Part shown: piece after piece, positions 39,136 through 53,350 of the stretch
How positions within the stretch are numbered: the stretch's first letter is position 1
Layout of the letters: every line of letters starts with the position of its first letter
Source: the human T2T-CHM13v2.0 reference genome, Homo sapiens
Direction: 5' to 3' (one strand)
DNA: 64,000 nucleotides
NCBI RefSeq assembly: GCF_009914755.1
Contig: NC_060926.1
The notes under the pieces: generated by a model
What the model saw: the letters and a program-made list of their open reading frames with translations, nothing else
Databases searched by the model: none
What the model was told of the DNA's origin: nothing
Translations under genes and position numbers: made by a program

Positions 39136-42100
39136 TTCCTATTGAAGTTATACTCCCACGTTTGTTTCTTATATTCTTGTCTCATATTTTGAGACAAAAT
39201 ATGTCTCATATTTAATTCATCTCATATTTAAATTACAATGACACATTGTCATTTCCACATTGGATACAGAGAGCACTTTAGTTTCTTTAATTTGACATAC
39301 TCAGTTCACAATTGTTGCCTGCACTTGCTATCACTTTGCCATTCTAAAGCCCAGCAGACACTATCCAAATGCATATGAATGCATTATCTGGAGAGATCTC
39401 TGGTTCTTGCCTTGTGCTTCTTATAGTCTGAGAGGTTGCATGACCCATGTTCAAAGCCCCTGATGAGGCACATATTACAATTCTCTGTTCCACATGGCCC
39501 TCAACCCTCGTCATAGCTGATTGGATGAGGGATGGGTGCTTGCTTCAAAGACAAGCCAATCTCTAAGTGGCTTAGCAGAATATGAAAGAGGCCTTTTCTG
39601 AGATGGATGGATTCCCCAGAAGCAGGTACTGGGATGAAGGTTTGTATAAACAGGCCCTGGTGAAAATAAATCTGCAAATAAAATCCAGGGAGTTTGTCTT
39701 GTTGCCACAGGACTCTTGAGGTAGGACATATTCCCAGAAAACAACTAGTAGGGTAGTGGGGAACATGCAACGGGAAAGAAAAGTAAGACAAACAAGGGTG
39801 GAATCAAGCAAAGCCCCATGGAAGGTAACTGTCTCAATTCTGCAGGGAGTGGATCTGGAGACTCATGGGTCACATCATAGACAATTCCACCAGGGCTGAG
39901 GGAGCTGGGGTATTTATACTTCTATACTTGTCAATCATTGGCTAATGCTGAACCTGGGGGGACATGCATTCCCAGGCACGGTCTGCTGTCTCTGCATGCA
40001 GAAAAAGCTGCCTCACGCAGTCTGAGGGCAGCCCTCTGACAAACAGTTGCAGGTGCTGACTGTTGGGAGTAAAAACACACCGGAAGGGAAGTACACAAAG
40101 AGCACAGCCATCAGAGGGAATCTGCATGGAGCCTTGTCATTGGGTTCTATAGGCCCAGTATGAGAGGTTGCTCAGCAGGGACTACCGTGATTATTGGAAC
40201 TAACCAAATCCTCTCTCTTAGGGATTCTGGGTATGAGATACACAGTTAGCAAAAATTAATAAAGCAGCAGCATCTAGGAGCACGAAGAAGCTGAAGGAGT
40301 TAAAAAGAATAGAAGCAAAAGTGTACTGTTGTGTGTGTGTGGGTGTGCCCTGGTTTCACTTAGCTGCACTCTTTCATTCCCCTTGGGCAATGGTCTTTCA
40401 TTACTCTATCACTGCCTTTTGTAATGACAGAATGCCTTAAATATAAAGTAAGGACAGGAGGCATGACTCCCCCCAAAGAACCAGATGGTCAAATCCTTGG
40501 GTTCAAATACTTTATTATTCTGCTTCCTTCTGTTTCTTCCTTACTTGTCTAGGTCAGGTGAGGTATAGATCATCACTGAACTCAACCTACTGTGATTTTT
40601 CAACATGAGTTATGGATATCTCGGTAGAATTAGTCTAGAAACTGAAGGCGTTTGTAACACTTCTCTACCTCACTGGAAGGGCCAGCTTCATGGTGGGTAG
40701 TAGGCAGTTGCCTACAAACTATGTGAATTGCTGCCAAGCCTTGTACTATAAGTACTTCTACTTCTGGCCTTTTACCCAGCCCCAACTCCTCATTTATTAT
40801 GTTCATTCAAATGTTTTCTGGAAATGACCCATATCAGTTAACAATCTAAATTCATGTGCTCATGTATGATGATACAGCTAAAAATTGCAAAACTATGGTT
40901 CCACAGAACAATTAGTTTTTATAATCTAGAGTAACCCTCAAATCTGTCTTAGTAGTGACTTGCCAGAGACAGGATTTAAAGTAGATAAACATCAAATTAG
41001 TGCAAGGACTGCCCACTTTGTGATATTGAGGTGAGCATTTTTTCTCCCCAGGCCTAGTAACTTCATTTATGTGTCTGACTTTTTAAGAAAATGTATAAGT
41101 AGGACTTCATGTAACCATTCATGTAGATAATGGTCAGGTCCAGATGAGATTGGGGAAGGGAAAAGTGATTTACAATGCCAGTACAGCATGTGAAAACAAA
41201 AATAAAAACAAAACAACACAATTAACCTTGAGGCCCAGTATACATGGACCTTCAGCATGGCAGATAATCTAGCTCCTTCTAAAACCAAGTAGCTGTATCC
41301 ATGTCATTGCATACACCTTACCTGCACCAAGATTTCAACTTCCAGTTGTAATAGTATCTGGGAGCTCCCAGGAGTAATGATGATATGACTACATTACATT
41401 TTTTTTTAAAAAGCAACAACATTCATTAACATTTTTGAGCACCTACTCTATGCCTTGCTTTTCTTATATATAAAATGGGGCTAATAGTAATATTCACTTC
41501 ATAAAGTTATTGTGAGAATTAAATGAAGGAAGCATTTAGATCAGCACCTGAAACATAGTTCTAGTATGTAATAACTGATATTTAATATTATTGTTAGCTA
41601 TTAAGGTTAGTATTGGAGCTATAAGAAATAGACAAGATATCTCCCTCTCTTCAAGTAGCTCTGAGGCTAAAGGAAAATGAGATATATGAAGGAACATTTA
41701 TGATTTGGTAGGATTTAGTGCAACAAAAGAGACATATTGAAGTCAGGGTCACAGCTTAAGGGAGGGAGTGGCTAATTTTTCTGGAGTATGCCATGGCAGA
41801 TTTTCCAGAGTGGAAGGCCATGGGGCAGCATATTGACACTGGGAACTTGGGAAGGTTGCCATATGGGGTAGTTGCAAGAACTGAATGTGTAGTGTCATGA
41901 AGATATGACACAGTGTAGTGCTCTTGGGATCTGTGAGTGGATGGATACCTAGCAGTGGCACAAGGTCTGCCTGTACAGTAGCATCCATAGGTGATGCTGG
42001 ATGGTAAGGTGGAGCCATGTCAAGAAAGGTCGTATGTGCAACATTAGGGGGCTTGGTCCTTATCCTCTGTACACGGCAGATCACTGAAGGGTTTTGGCCT

Positions 42101-44180
42101 CCCCCACCCAAAAAGATATAATCAGATGTAAAACTTAAAAAGATTACACAAAGACTCTGACAGTTGTGGATACCTTTAAAGTTGATAAGACTGGAAGAGC
42201 TAATAGGAAAGTCCAGGCAAGAGGTGATATTGGGAAAGGTAACTAGGACAGTATCAATGGGATATAGCAGAGATAAGAGACAAGAGAAATCTTACTAGGA
42301 TATAGACTATAATAAGCTGCTATTGAAAAGATTAGAGATATGACTGATATTTAAGGTACAATAAGACCCTCCCGATTATTCTAAAGACACTTCTCATTTT
42401 AATGATGATCAATCCATGTACAATTGAGATTCCTTGCATTTCTCTTCAAATTGTATACTGTGCTCTTGGGTTTTGTTGCACCGTCCAACTACACTTATCT
42501 CCATTTACATTGTAAAAATTGGAAGAGAAGAATAAAGTCAGCAATCCCTTGATGATCATTGTAGCTTAGCTTGTATTTGCCATAGTTTATTGTCCATGAA
42601 AAGTGTCAGAATGAAGAATTTAGAAATACTGTCAAGTTAAAAATGGAGAATTCTAGAAGTATAAAAGAAAAAATGGGATACTAATGAGAATATGTAAGGA
42701 TTATACTGATATATGTTAGTGAATTGCTCTATTAGAGTATCAGCACTATTTGGAAAGCCATCAATGTCATCTCATATTTAAACTATTAAGTGCATGTTTA
42801 AACTGTGCAAATCTCTTGCATTCATTTCATGGTTAATCAATCCAGTCTGAAATAGTTTGCCAAACAGTAATGGGATTTTCTCTAACAGCCAGATACTTAA
42901 GTCACTAGACACCAAATTATGGGATAAAAACAATCAATTCAGCATCCCAGGTAATTATGGGCTTAAAACAATATTGTGTTGAGCCCTGGCACATACCCAC
43001 TCATAGCAGATGTCTTTGTTTTGGACCATTTTGATTATCTTGGTAACTCTAGCATGATGAATTAACGATGCAAATTATTTTTTCGTTTTAATTTTTCATT
43101 GTAGATGGAGCTATTGGCCTTTATTATAACTTATTTTCTGTTTCAGCCAAGGCCTAAATTAGAGCAGTACCAGAGGAGAAGGAGAGCAGGTGACATATTC
43201 TAGAGCTATTGGAAGGTATAATATCCAGAAGTATAAACGGTTGTTGGGAGAATAAATTCCATGCTTCTGAAGTGGGCAACTGGTAAATGATGGTGCCATT
43301 TGCTATGATGAAGGACTCAGGAAGAGGGGAAGATTTAAGGGAGGATAAATTTATTTTTCAGATTTGAGGAATTTTAGATATACACTGTATGAATATGGAA
43401 AAAATTCACTAATCCCTTCAGTCTGGAACTCAGGAGAGAGCTGTGTTGGAGACAGAGATTTGAGCATTATCAGTGCACAAAAAGTAGATAAAAGTTCTAG
43501 GAATGTCTAAACAATGAAGAATCTGGGGAATACTAACATGTCAGGAAAAGAGAGAGGAAGAGGAGGCATGAAGGCAGCCAAGAAGAAAACGTCAGAGTGG
43601 AGAAAGAAACTATGAGGAGTATTACAGTTTCAAAGGTTTGGAGACCATTGATTTAATGGCCGACTTAATTGATTTAATGGTCTCCAAACCTTTTAAATTG
43701 TATACCCAATCAATAAAGTTTTTTTTTGAGAAAATCCCATATATGTATACTTATAAATTATATATATTTTTAATCCATATAACTATTAGTAAAATTTAAT
43801 TTCTTACAAAGTTAGACATAAACTAAATATATTTTTTCTACTGTAAAATGCTTATTTTCCCAATTTTATTGTCTGTCCATAAGGGAATTGTGATGATGTT
43901 GTATCTCCGCATAAATGAACTTAGTCACAATGAATCATAGTGTCATTATTTGTAAGTTTAAATAAATTTATAAGTTTAAATACATCTAAAAGAATTCTTG
44001 TAATAAATATTAACTAAACTTGTAAATGACAAAAGGAAGCTGTGTCATTTAATTAGAAGTGTTTTCCTTCTTGGTGATAGGTAAAATAATGGCATATCTT
44101 ACCATCAATAGAAATTGTAATGTTTTCTTCCCACACCCCAGTGGATCATCTATTGTCCTCCACTTTAAGGACTGGATTTA

Positions 44181-44538
<358 letters not shown>

Positions 44539-46607
44539 TTAAAAAATGGAAAAACATTAATAAGTTTTAGCAACTAGAAGATCACTGGAGGCCTTGATGG
44601 GGGCAGTGTCAACAGTAGAAGAGGAGCAACCAGGTTGCAGAGGTGCAAGGAATAAATAGTAGCAGGTTACATTGAATGTACACTTGTTACATTGAATGTA
44701 CACTTACTACATTCCAGACACTGTGCTTAGGACTTTGCATACAACACTGAGAAGTTATGATTATCCCTAATTTAAGATAATAATCAGAGACTTGCAAAGT
44801 CTAAGTGACTTGTACTAGGTCATAAAGCTAAGTAAGTGGTCCTAGCAGAATTTGAACCCAGGTTGACCATCTCAAAAACTGAGCTCTTAAATAATATGCT
44901 CTAAGGTCTCCCAGTGTGAGGTTAGTGGAAACAGTGACTGAGTGTAGACAACGACTCTTCCGGGTAGCCAGGAAGCCAGGTAGCTTGTCTATGGATAAGA
45001 GCAGAAAGAAAGGGAAATGGGAAGGTGTAGAGTTAAGGGAACTTCCCCCTCACTCCCTCCTCCCATCTTTTTTTAAAGATGTGTGTGAATTGAGCATTGT
45101 TATATAGTGAAGGGACTGAGGCAGGAAAGAGACAGCATTTGAGGCAATTCTGCAAGAGAGGTGATAACTGATACGAAGATTGCCAATGATCTATAGCACA
45201 GATGGGAAATTCAGCCTTAAGCAGGAGAAGTCTGCCTCCTCCAACACAGGGAGGAAAGTGGTAAGACTGGAGACTGTACAGAGAAGTTTGTAGGTTTTAT
45301 GTGCAGGGGAGGAAGGGAACACATGGAAAAGTTCAAGTGTAGGTTACTTATTTTCCCTGTGGAGTAGGAGACAAGGCCATTGCTTAGAGAGTGTGCAGGC
45401 TGGGGAGGAGACAGGATAGTCAGACTTGATAGGTGTATTACTAAGCTTGAAACAGTAGTTGTGGGGAATGAGAACTGTAGCTTACTTGGGACTGATTAGA
45501 AGCTATAAACTACTAATGACACCAATCTGCATGGTGTAGGATTTTTTCCCCCAATGATACCTGCCAGCTTGTACCTAAGAACCAAACAGGTGGATTGAAA
45601 CAATGTTAGGATTTTTCGCAGTATAGAGAAGCAACTGTTGGAAGAAAAGGAGGCAAGGGAGTTGAAGATTGCAAGAAAGGTGGAAGGAGCTGACGGACTA
45701 GAGAAAATCGGGTTATCGATGTTCTGGAAGTCTCAGTGAAATTACTGGTTTGGCAGATGTAGTGGGAATAGGAGAGTGAGGAAGCTTAAAGAAGAGAAGA
45801 GAGTTGAATCCAGGCATTTTTGCATGTCCCCCACGCCACACCTTAGAAGGGGAACAGTTATCTCCCATTCTCCCAGTGACCATCCTTCTAAACTCTTCCT
45901 TTTATGGCAGGACTGGAAATTGGAAAGTTACATTTCCCAGACTCCCTTTGTCAGTGGAGTTTCAGTTTAGAATCTACTGATGAGGGACACTTGTATGAGA
46001 TTTGCAAGGTAATAAAGGAGAAGCCATTTTTCTCCAGCTGCAGCTAGAGGCAAGCTCATGAGCACTGGCAGATGGCAGACATCCGGGAAGACCTCCCTCA
46101 GATTTCCAGGCATGTGCCTGAGAATCACTTTGGTGCTGCAGAGCTGAGATCCTCAGTAGTGGTTTCTGCAACCCACGCAACCCTAAATTTCTTGAATTGC
46201 AACAGTGGCTTCTCAGATCTTTGCTCCCTTGGACCTTCCAGACTGTATAATCTTCTAGTTTTCCATATTAAATACGTTTTACTTGACATATTTAGAGAGC
46301 TGTTTCCCTAATATAACTTTGGCTAATATATCCCCCCAATTTTTCAATTAAGCTGGATCACAAGCTTTTCCATGGTCACATTCATCCGTCAGGATGATCA
46401 CATTTCTATCAGTCAGTATTTTTAATTGCCAGAAACAGAAAATAAATATAGCTAATTTAAAAAGAAAAGAAATTTAATGAAAGGATTTCAGATAGCTTGC
46501 AGAATTGCTGGAAATGGTGGAAAACCAGGCTGTGAGAATGAATCTAGGGAAAGTGGGACACAGGCAAAATCATGCCATAGAACCAGGGAAGCAACTGCCA
46601 CTGTTAA

Positions 46608-46924
<317 letters not shown>

Positions 46925-47618
46925 CCTGAGTGTCCCTAATTGAGAAAGCCAAGCTGTGCGCCTGTGCCCTAGACTTAAAGATGACAGAGAAAGTGAGCAT
47001 CTGATCTTTCAGCTCTTAGAGTCATAGCTGTGACTCATAAGATGGGGAACCTCAAGAGATTCAGATGCTGGGAAGCCTCACAACTGATAAATGTCTACTC
47101 TGACATCTGGTTTGTATATGTGTGTGTGTCTGTGTGTGTGTGTCATAGTTTTATACCTTTTGTTTTCTTTGGCAAACCCTCCAAATGCTCATTGTCCCCA
47201 CTAAGTCTCCTTATCCTTTAAGATTCTGCTTCCTCCCTGAAACCTTCCCAGCTGGAAGTGTCTGCCTCCTGCTCTGAACTCCCAATGCAATTTTTATTAT
47301 TTGACCTTATTAAATCCTCACTTGATTTTTATTGATATTTGCGTTAAAAATATTAAGTTCTAGCATATTTAAGGTTGAACGAACATTAAAGGTCATCTAC
47401 TCCGATGCCTGGTAGCTCATCAGCTCATTGAAGTCATGACCTGTCTTCCCCATGTTTGAATACCCCACAGTTTTGGGCGTAACACTTGCTTATGATAAAC
47501 ACCTTTAAATATTAACTTGTATTAAAGGAGCCCCTCCAGGATTTGCTTGTCCTCATTTCCCTGTCTGTTCCCAACACTTCCCTCCACCACCACCTCCTTC
47601 TCCTTGCTCCCAGACAGT

Positions 47619-47911
47619 TCTTTCTACCAATAATAACTCTTTCAACCAATTGCCAAACGGGAAAATTTTAAATCTACCTGGAAGGCCCGCCACCCTGCTT
47701 TGAGTTGTCCCTCCCTCCAGATAGAACCAATGTGAATCTTACATGTATTAATTGATGGATTATCTCTCCCTACAATGTACAAAACAAGTTGTGCACCGAC
47801 CACCTTGGGCATGTCATCAGGCTCTCCTGAAGGCTGTGTCACAGATGCGTCCTTAACCTTGGCGAAAAAAACTTTCTAAATTGATTGAGACCTGTCTCAG
47901 ATATTTTGGGG
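47619..47911 (+). mobile_element. MER4-family ERV1 LTR, 3' part
   Basis: ATAACTCTTTCAACCAATTGCCAA...GACCACCTTGGGCATGTCATCAGG...CTTAACCTTGGC...CTAAATTGATTGAGACCTGTCTCAGATATTTTGG. Confidence 0.85.
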
Positions 47912-49292
47912 CTCCTACCTTCCTCACTGCTTTATTGAACAGTGGTCAATTTCTTCTGCTCGGCCTCCGCATCCTAGCCTGTTTGGGAAAATCATCGGGG
48001 TTAGGGCTGGGGAGGCAGGCAGGACCCGGGGGACGGTAGTAGGGGCCGTTTCCCTCCCACTCCCCTCCGCTCCTTCCCTGCTGGAAAGCCGGCATGTGAC
48101 CTGCGCCCTGTCAGTCAGAGGCTTCAGCCTGGGACAGTCAGAAATCACTTCTGGAGGTGGAAGCCGCGCTGTCTCAGGGCCGAGGGTGCAGCATCAGCCA
48201 TGGCGAGCTCCCCCTGCAGGCAGCATCGTGGTGGCATTCGCACCAAAAGCTCCTGTGGCCGGAGTGGGCTTGTAGCAGTTCTGGGCTGCCTGCCACACTC
48301 GGTTGCCTCTTGTTTTCTGCGCCTGGTTCTCCAGCTCTGGCTCTGTGTGAGCAAGACCATATCCCATCAGTAAATCCTGTCTCAGCTTAGGTGAGCCAGA
48401 GTTGGGTGTTCTGTGATTTGCTCCTAAGATCCCTGGCTGGCACATTTTCTTCCTCCTTCTCCTAAATGAGAGTATTCCCAGTGGTTCTTTTCCTGGCTCT
48501 TTTTTCCCGCCATCCACACTCTTTTAGCCAGAAAGTTAATCTATTTCCTGGGTATCAGTCATCACCTTTGCACCAATTTCCCCCAAATCTTTTCCCAGGT
48601 TCCACCTCTCTCCTGAGTGCTGGTTTAATCTCACATTTCCAATGCACTTCCCATGCTTGTCCTCTGATGCATGAAAATCAACAAGACTAAAATTCATACT
48701 CACCAGTTTTCATCTTGCTGATACACCTACTTCTCCTCCAAATTTCTATCTTCCTTGCTGGACACCCAGACTTTAAATTTTAAAATCTACTCTGCCTTTT
48801 ACATCCCCAAACAAACAGTACCAAGTTCTGTTTGTTTTCCTGCCCAGTAACCCTTACATTCTTCTTTTCTGATGTACCGTCACTACTTTGTTCTTGCCTA
48901 ACAACTGCAATATGCTGTCTTCTGAGCGCCTCCTTCTAGCTGTCCCTCTGAGTCAACTTGACAACATGTGGTCAGTGTAATTTTCCTAAAACACAGTTCT
49001 AGTCATGTCACCCTCCCACCTGCCCCTCCACACACCTTCAATGCCTCAGGCTAAAGTGAAACTCCACCTTGACCTTCCACAAACAAATCCTAAACTATTT
49101 CCCCTTTATTTATCTTATATGTAGAATTTCATAAAACACCTTATGATCCCTGATCAAGTCCCATACTTTCCCACCTTCATGCCTATGTTCAGGGTATTTT
49201 CTTTACCTGGGGTGTCTTTCTCTCAGTTCAACCCAAATCCCAACTCAGGTGCCATCTCCTCCAAAACGTCCTCTTCCTTGTCACCTTGTAAA

Positions 49293-49455
49293 GAGCTTCT
49301 AACCTTTAAAATGCATATGAATCACTTGAGCATCTGTTAAAATGCAGATTCTGATTTATAAGTCTCGGTTAAGGTCTGAGAGTCTACTAATACATTTCTA
49401 ACAAGTTCCTGAGTGATGCCACAGGTCCCTGGACATACTTGGGGTCGTGAGGCCC
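49293..49455 (+). mobile_element. MER5B-like MITE
   Basis: GAATCAC...TGTTAAAATGCAGATTCTGATT...CATTTCTAACAAGTTCC..GTGATGC. Confidence 0.7.
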
Positions 49456-50114
49456 TAAGGTGAGGCATGCTCTATTATTAAACCACAGGGCAAGATAGCA
49501 GGGCAGTAACAATGTGGTATTCACTTACAATATTCTACAATGTTTACAGTACCCATTTAGCCTCCTCAAACACAGGGATTGGGCTTCATTCATCATTATT
49601 TTTGTTGAATACAGTGACTTGACCAGTTTATCTTAATTGAATATGCTTCTGACATCACCTCCTTTTCTTTTCCACCAAATGGTTTTGGTTACTTTTTAGT
49701 TTAACTGGATTTCACATGGATAAATATCTGGGAGAAGGAGATGCCCTACACATGATCTGCTATAGGTGAGGATGGCCCAACATGTTGAAGATCATGCTAA
49801 TTTAATTATTGTTATAGCCAGCATTCTCAGTTGTAAAAAATGGAATACTCTATAGTTCAGGCAGAAAAGTAATTTGTGAAAATATACTCAGTAGCTCACA
49901 GGATTGTAGAGAGGGTCAGAGACAACATAGCAAAAGCAAAGCACAGATTATACTGGAGCACTCCACGGCCAGACCTTGTGGACATAGACTCTGCAGCTCA
50001 CTGTGAACTAGAAAGCAGTCCTGGAAACTTTGCTACTGCTGCTTCTGAAAGCTGTATGTGGCTGCCACCAACCTCGTTAGACTGCATTCTGTACGGGGCC
50101 TACTTCTTTATGTT

Positions 50115-50618
50115 TGTGTTAGTTTTCAGTATGTAACAAATTATCACAAACTTGGTTGCCTGAAACCACAGAAATTTATTCTCTCACAATGCTGGAGGTC
50201 AGAAGTCCAAAATCCGGTATCATTGGGTTGAAATCAAGGTGTTGGCAGGGCTGTGCTCTCTCTCTCTGGAGGTTCTGGAGGAGAACCCGTTTCTTCCTTT
50301 CCAGCTTCTGGGGTCTACCAGCATTCTTTGGCTTGTGGCTGCATAACCAGAATCTTCAGGTCCAACATCTTCAAATCCCTCTCTGGCCCATCTTTATATG
50401 ACCTCCTCCTCTGCATGCATGTTGAATCTCCCTCTGACTGCCTCTTTTAAGGATACATGTGATTGCATGTGAGGCCCACCTGGGTAATGCAGGATGATTT
50501 CCTCATCTCAACATCCTTAACTGAATCCCATCTGCAAAGACTTTGCCACATAAGGTAACATTCGGATTCCAGGGATTAGGATCTGATATCTGTAGGGACT
50601 ACTCTTCAGCCTAGGACA
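50115..50618 (-). mobile_element. MLT1C/D ERVL-MaLR LTR nested in an older MLT1 LTR
   Basis: AACAAATTATCACAAACTTGG...TTTATTCTCTCACA..CTGGAGGTCAGAAGTCCAAAAT...AAATCAAGGTGTTGGCAGGGCTG...CATCTGCAAAGAC...TAAGGTAACATTC. Confidence 0.85.
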
Positions 50619-52865
50619 TTGTCATTTGCTTCTGAATCGAAATCTCTCTTATACAGATCTCATTGGTGGAGCCTATGTCCCATGCCTGCTCCTGAGCTGC
50701 GAGGAGGCTGGGGAGTAGCTTCATGTCAGGAAAGGTGTTCAAAGATGAAAGCAGCCAAAATGAATGTCAAATATCAAGTACGATAGTCTTCAAAGATTCA
50801 TAAAAATGAAATTCTATGTAATGGACCAGCCAGAATCTTTAAACTGAAAGAAGTTACCTATTGCTGAATGCTTTGGGCACCAAATGCCAAGCCATGCAAG
50901 TACTGCTAAGGAAAGACCATTTACCTAGAAAACAGTTTTCTTTTACTCTGGGGGCTGGGGGGGGGGCGGTGCGAACAAAAATAAAAAAATAAAAAATAAA
51001 AACACGAGAAGTGGATTTGGGGTCGTGTTCTTTTTTCGCTCCCAGGAAAAATCTGTTCCAGACCCCAGTATGGACAATTTGGTTAGATCCTATATTTTGT
51101 TAAGAATAACAGTTGGTTGTATGTCACGGTACGTTCCATTTCCTATCTGGTCTGAGGCATATTACTCCTGTGGTGCCCCATGTTGTCCAATACATTTATG
51201 GCAATAAGGACTTGGGCAATACGATGTGGATAACTTCTGTTTCCTCAACACTTTGATATGTGATTTTCAAACAAACCAAAATGATCCTTCTTATATCTGC
51301 CCCCTTTCCCCGATACACATGTATTTCTCCATGTCAGCAATGAATTTTCCAGCTCCTCTCACCTGTATACCTGTTAAAAACAATGGTGCTAACTCTTATT
51401 TTCCACGTCAGTTATAAAAAAAACAACAACAAATAATCAATTAGGATCTTGCATGTCTTAATTGTGTTACGGCAATGGTAAGCATCTTACAGGCTGCACA
51501 GTGTCTGCATTACTTCTCCATTGTAGGGGTGCGTATGTGTGTATTGACAAGGGGGAGAAAGCCATGTAAAAGATAACTGAAATTAGCATTTACAGCAACT
51601 ATGTAGATGTCAATATAAATACATTTTGGGCTCTTATGTATAAATAATCTTCTGAGAACATTGTTTTTATTGTTGACACTTTCCTGCAGGTTTCTGAGAC
51701 ACACTTAAAATTCAATCTGTTCCCTTGAACATTTTTGTGAATTTGGCAGCATAATAAAAACTTTCTTTTAGAAGGCCTGGAATCAAAGCAAAAAAAAAAA
51801 AAAAAAAGTTGTGGAAAAAAATGATTTTTTCTTTAATCTTGGAGGCTTCCTATTTCTTTGTTGAGAGGTTTTGTTCAGGAAGGGACTGTAGTAATATGAT
51901 CTGATTGACAAGGATCCCAGCTCCCCAAACACTAGCTGAAAATTTGGGGCAAATTCCTGACCCTTTCTGGTGCTCCATTTCTCATTATAAGATGAGAATA
52001 ATAACCAGGTCACCTTCTTATTTTTCAGCAACAGTTACTTTCCCCTTTCTTAGATGGGATTGGCATTTTTAGAAAAGTATATTTTAGTGCTTGTCTCTCC
52101 CTTGGGTTCTAGAGTGGTTTTGTGTACATGAAACACTGACAAAATGCCCGTCTCTGTTTTGTCCCTGAACCCCTGATTTGATGTGACCTTTTTGGTGGGG
52201 GGAGGAAGGATGAAGAAGAGCTGGAGAGGTTCTGGAAGCTTTACTCTATGAATTAATACTTCTGCTTCAGCATAATGTTGGTATTTGATCAAACGTAAAA
52301 AGCTTCAAGCTTTTAATGTCCTGCTGACACCAGTATCAACAAAGCACTGAAGCGGAAGCTTTCTGGCAGCTGATTAGAGGGAGATTTTATTTCACTAGCT
52401 TTAAGACTAAGTATACCTTTTAGTAGATCTTTCTCAAGGATAAGCTACCTCGTGTATTATAAATCAAATTCAAGAGATTTAATAAAGAACCCTTGATAAT
52501 TTGGTAATATATTATCACTGTGTTTTGGAAAGGCGATAAATGACTGCTTTTTATAGTGTAATTTAAAATAATAATATGGATTACAGTTGTGTTCAGTCAT
52601 GAAAGTATAATTTAGCAGTTTGGGCTTATAATAACCTTTCTTTAGTGTCCACACTTATTTTAGATCAAGAATGGCTTACTTGGGAATGATTTACTATGCT
52701 TGCTCCCAGAGTCTAGTAGGGCTGAACATGTGTTTAATTGGAATTTTATGTTGTTGTGTTGGAAAAGCTTCCCACAAAAATGAAATGGAAAGTTGGGGGA
52801 AAAAAGATGGCTAAATAGTGAGCCATTCCAATATCAAAAGCATGTGGCATGTTTGCAAGCTTGCT

Positions 52866-53350
52866 GTATAAGTAGGGGCTCTCCAGGAAATGGGTGGCTC
52901 ACTCGAAGTGGTCACTGGAGAGAGTTTAATAAAGGGACTACTGTATTTATAAAGGTGTGAGAAGGTTAAGGGAAGTAACAAGGGATGATGAACTACCCCT
53001 TCCCCCCACCCAGCTCCATGGAGCAGGGAGCCTTCACCACCCCAGGCCTGAAGAGACAGTGTGTTTGCTGTTCCTGGATCTGGAAAACACTGAAGCTATG
53101 GAGAGGAGCAGGTGACCAGCACTGCGTCCCCGGTGGAGGAATGTGGCCAGTGCTAGGTTCCAGCAAGGCAAGGAGGGAGCCAAGGGGTCCCAAATCTCCA
53201 AACTTGCTTACTTTCCATCTTCAAATCTCCTTTCCCAGCCCCACACTGGGCTGGACCCAACCAAAACTAGAGGGCAAGGACACCAAGGGACATCATCTGA
53301 GGCACAGAGCAGGGTAAAGAAGGGTGGAGTGTGACTTTGGAGGAATAGCC
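52866..53350 (-). mobile_element. LTR33-like ERVL LTR
   Basis: GGAGAGAGTTTAATAAAGGGACTA...AAAGGTGTG...AACAAGGGATG and AGAGGGCAAGG...CACAGAGCAGGGT segments. Confidence 0.7.

Noticed and set aside
47924-48517. Processed pseudogene suggested by GC-rich ORFs and a minus-strand AATAAA near 47930
   Set aside because: No recognisable protein, poly(A) tail or TSD; the sequence skeleton fits an old MLT1-type LTR better.
51753-51807. AATAAA followed by an A tract as a retrocopy 3' end
   Set aside because: No TSD or parent-gene similarity visible; isolated A tracts are common.
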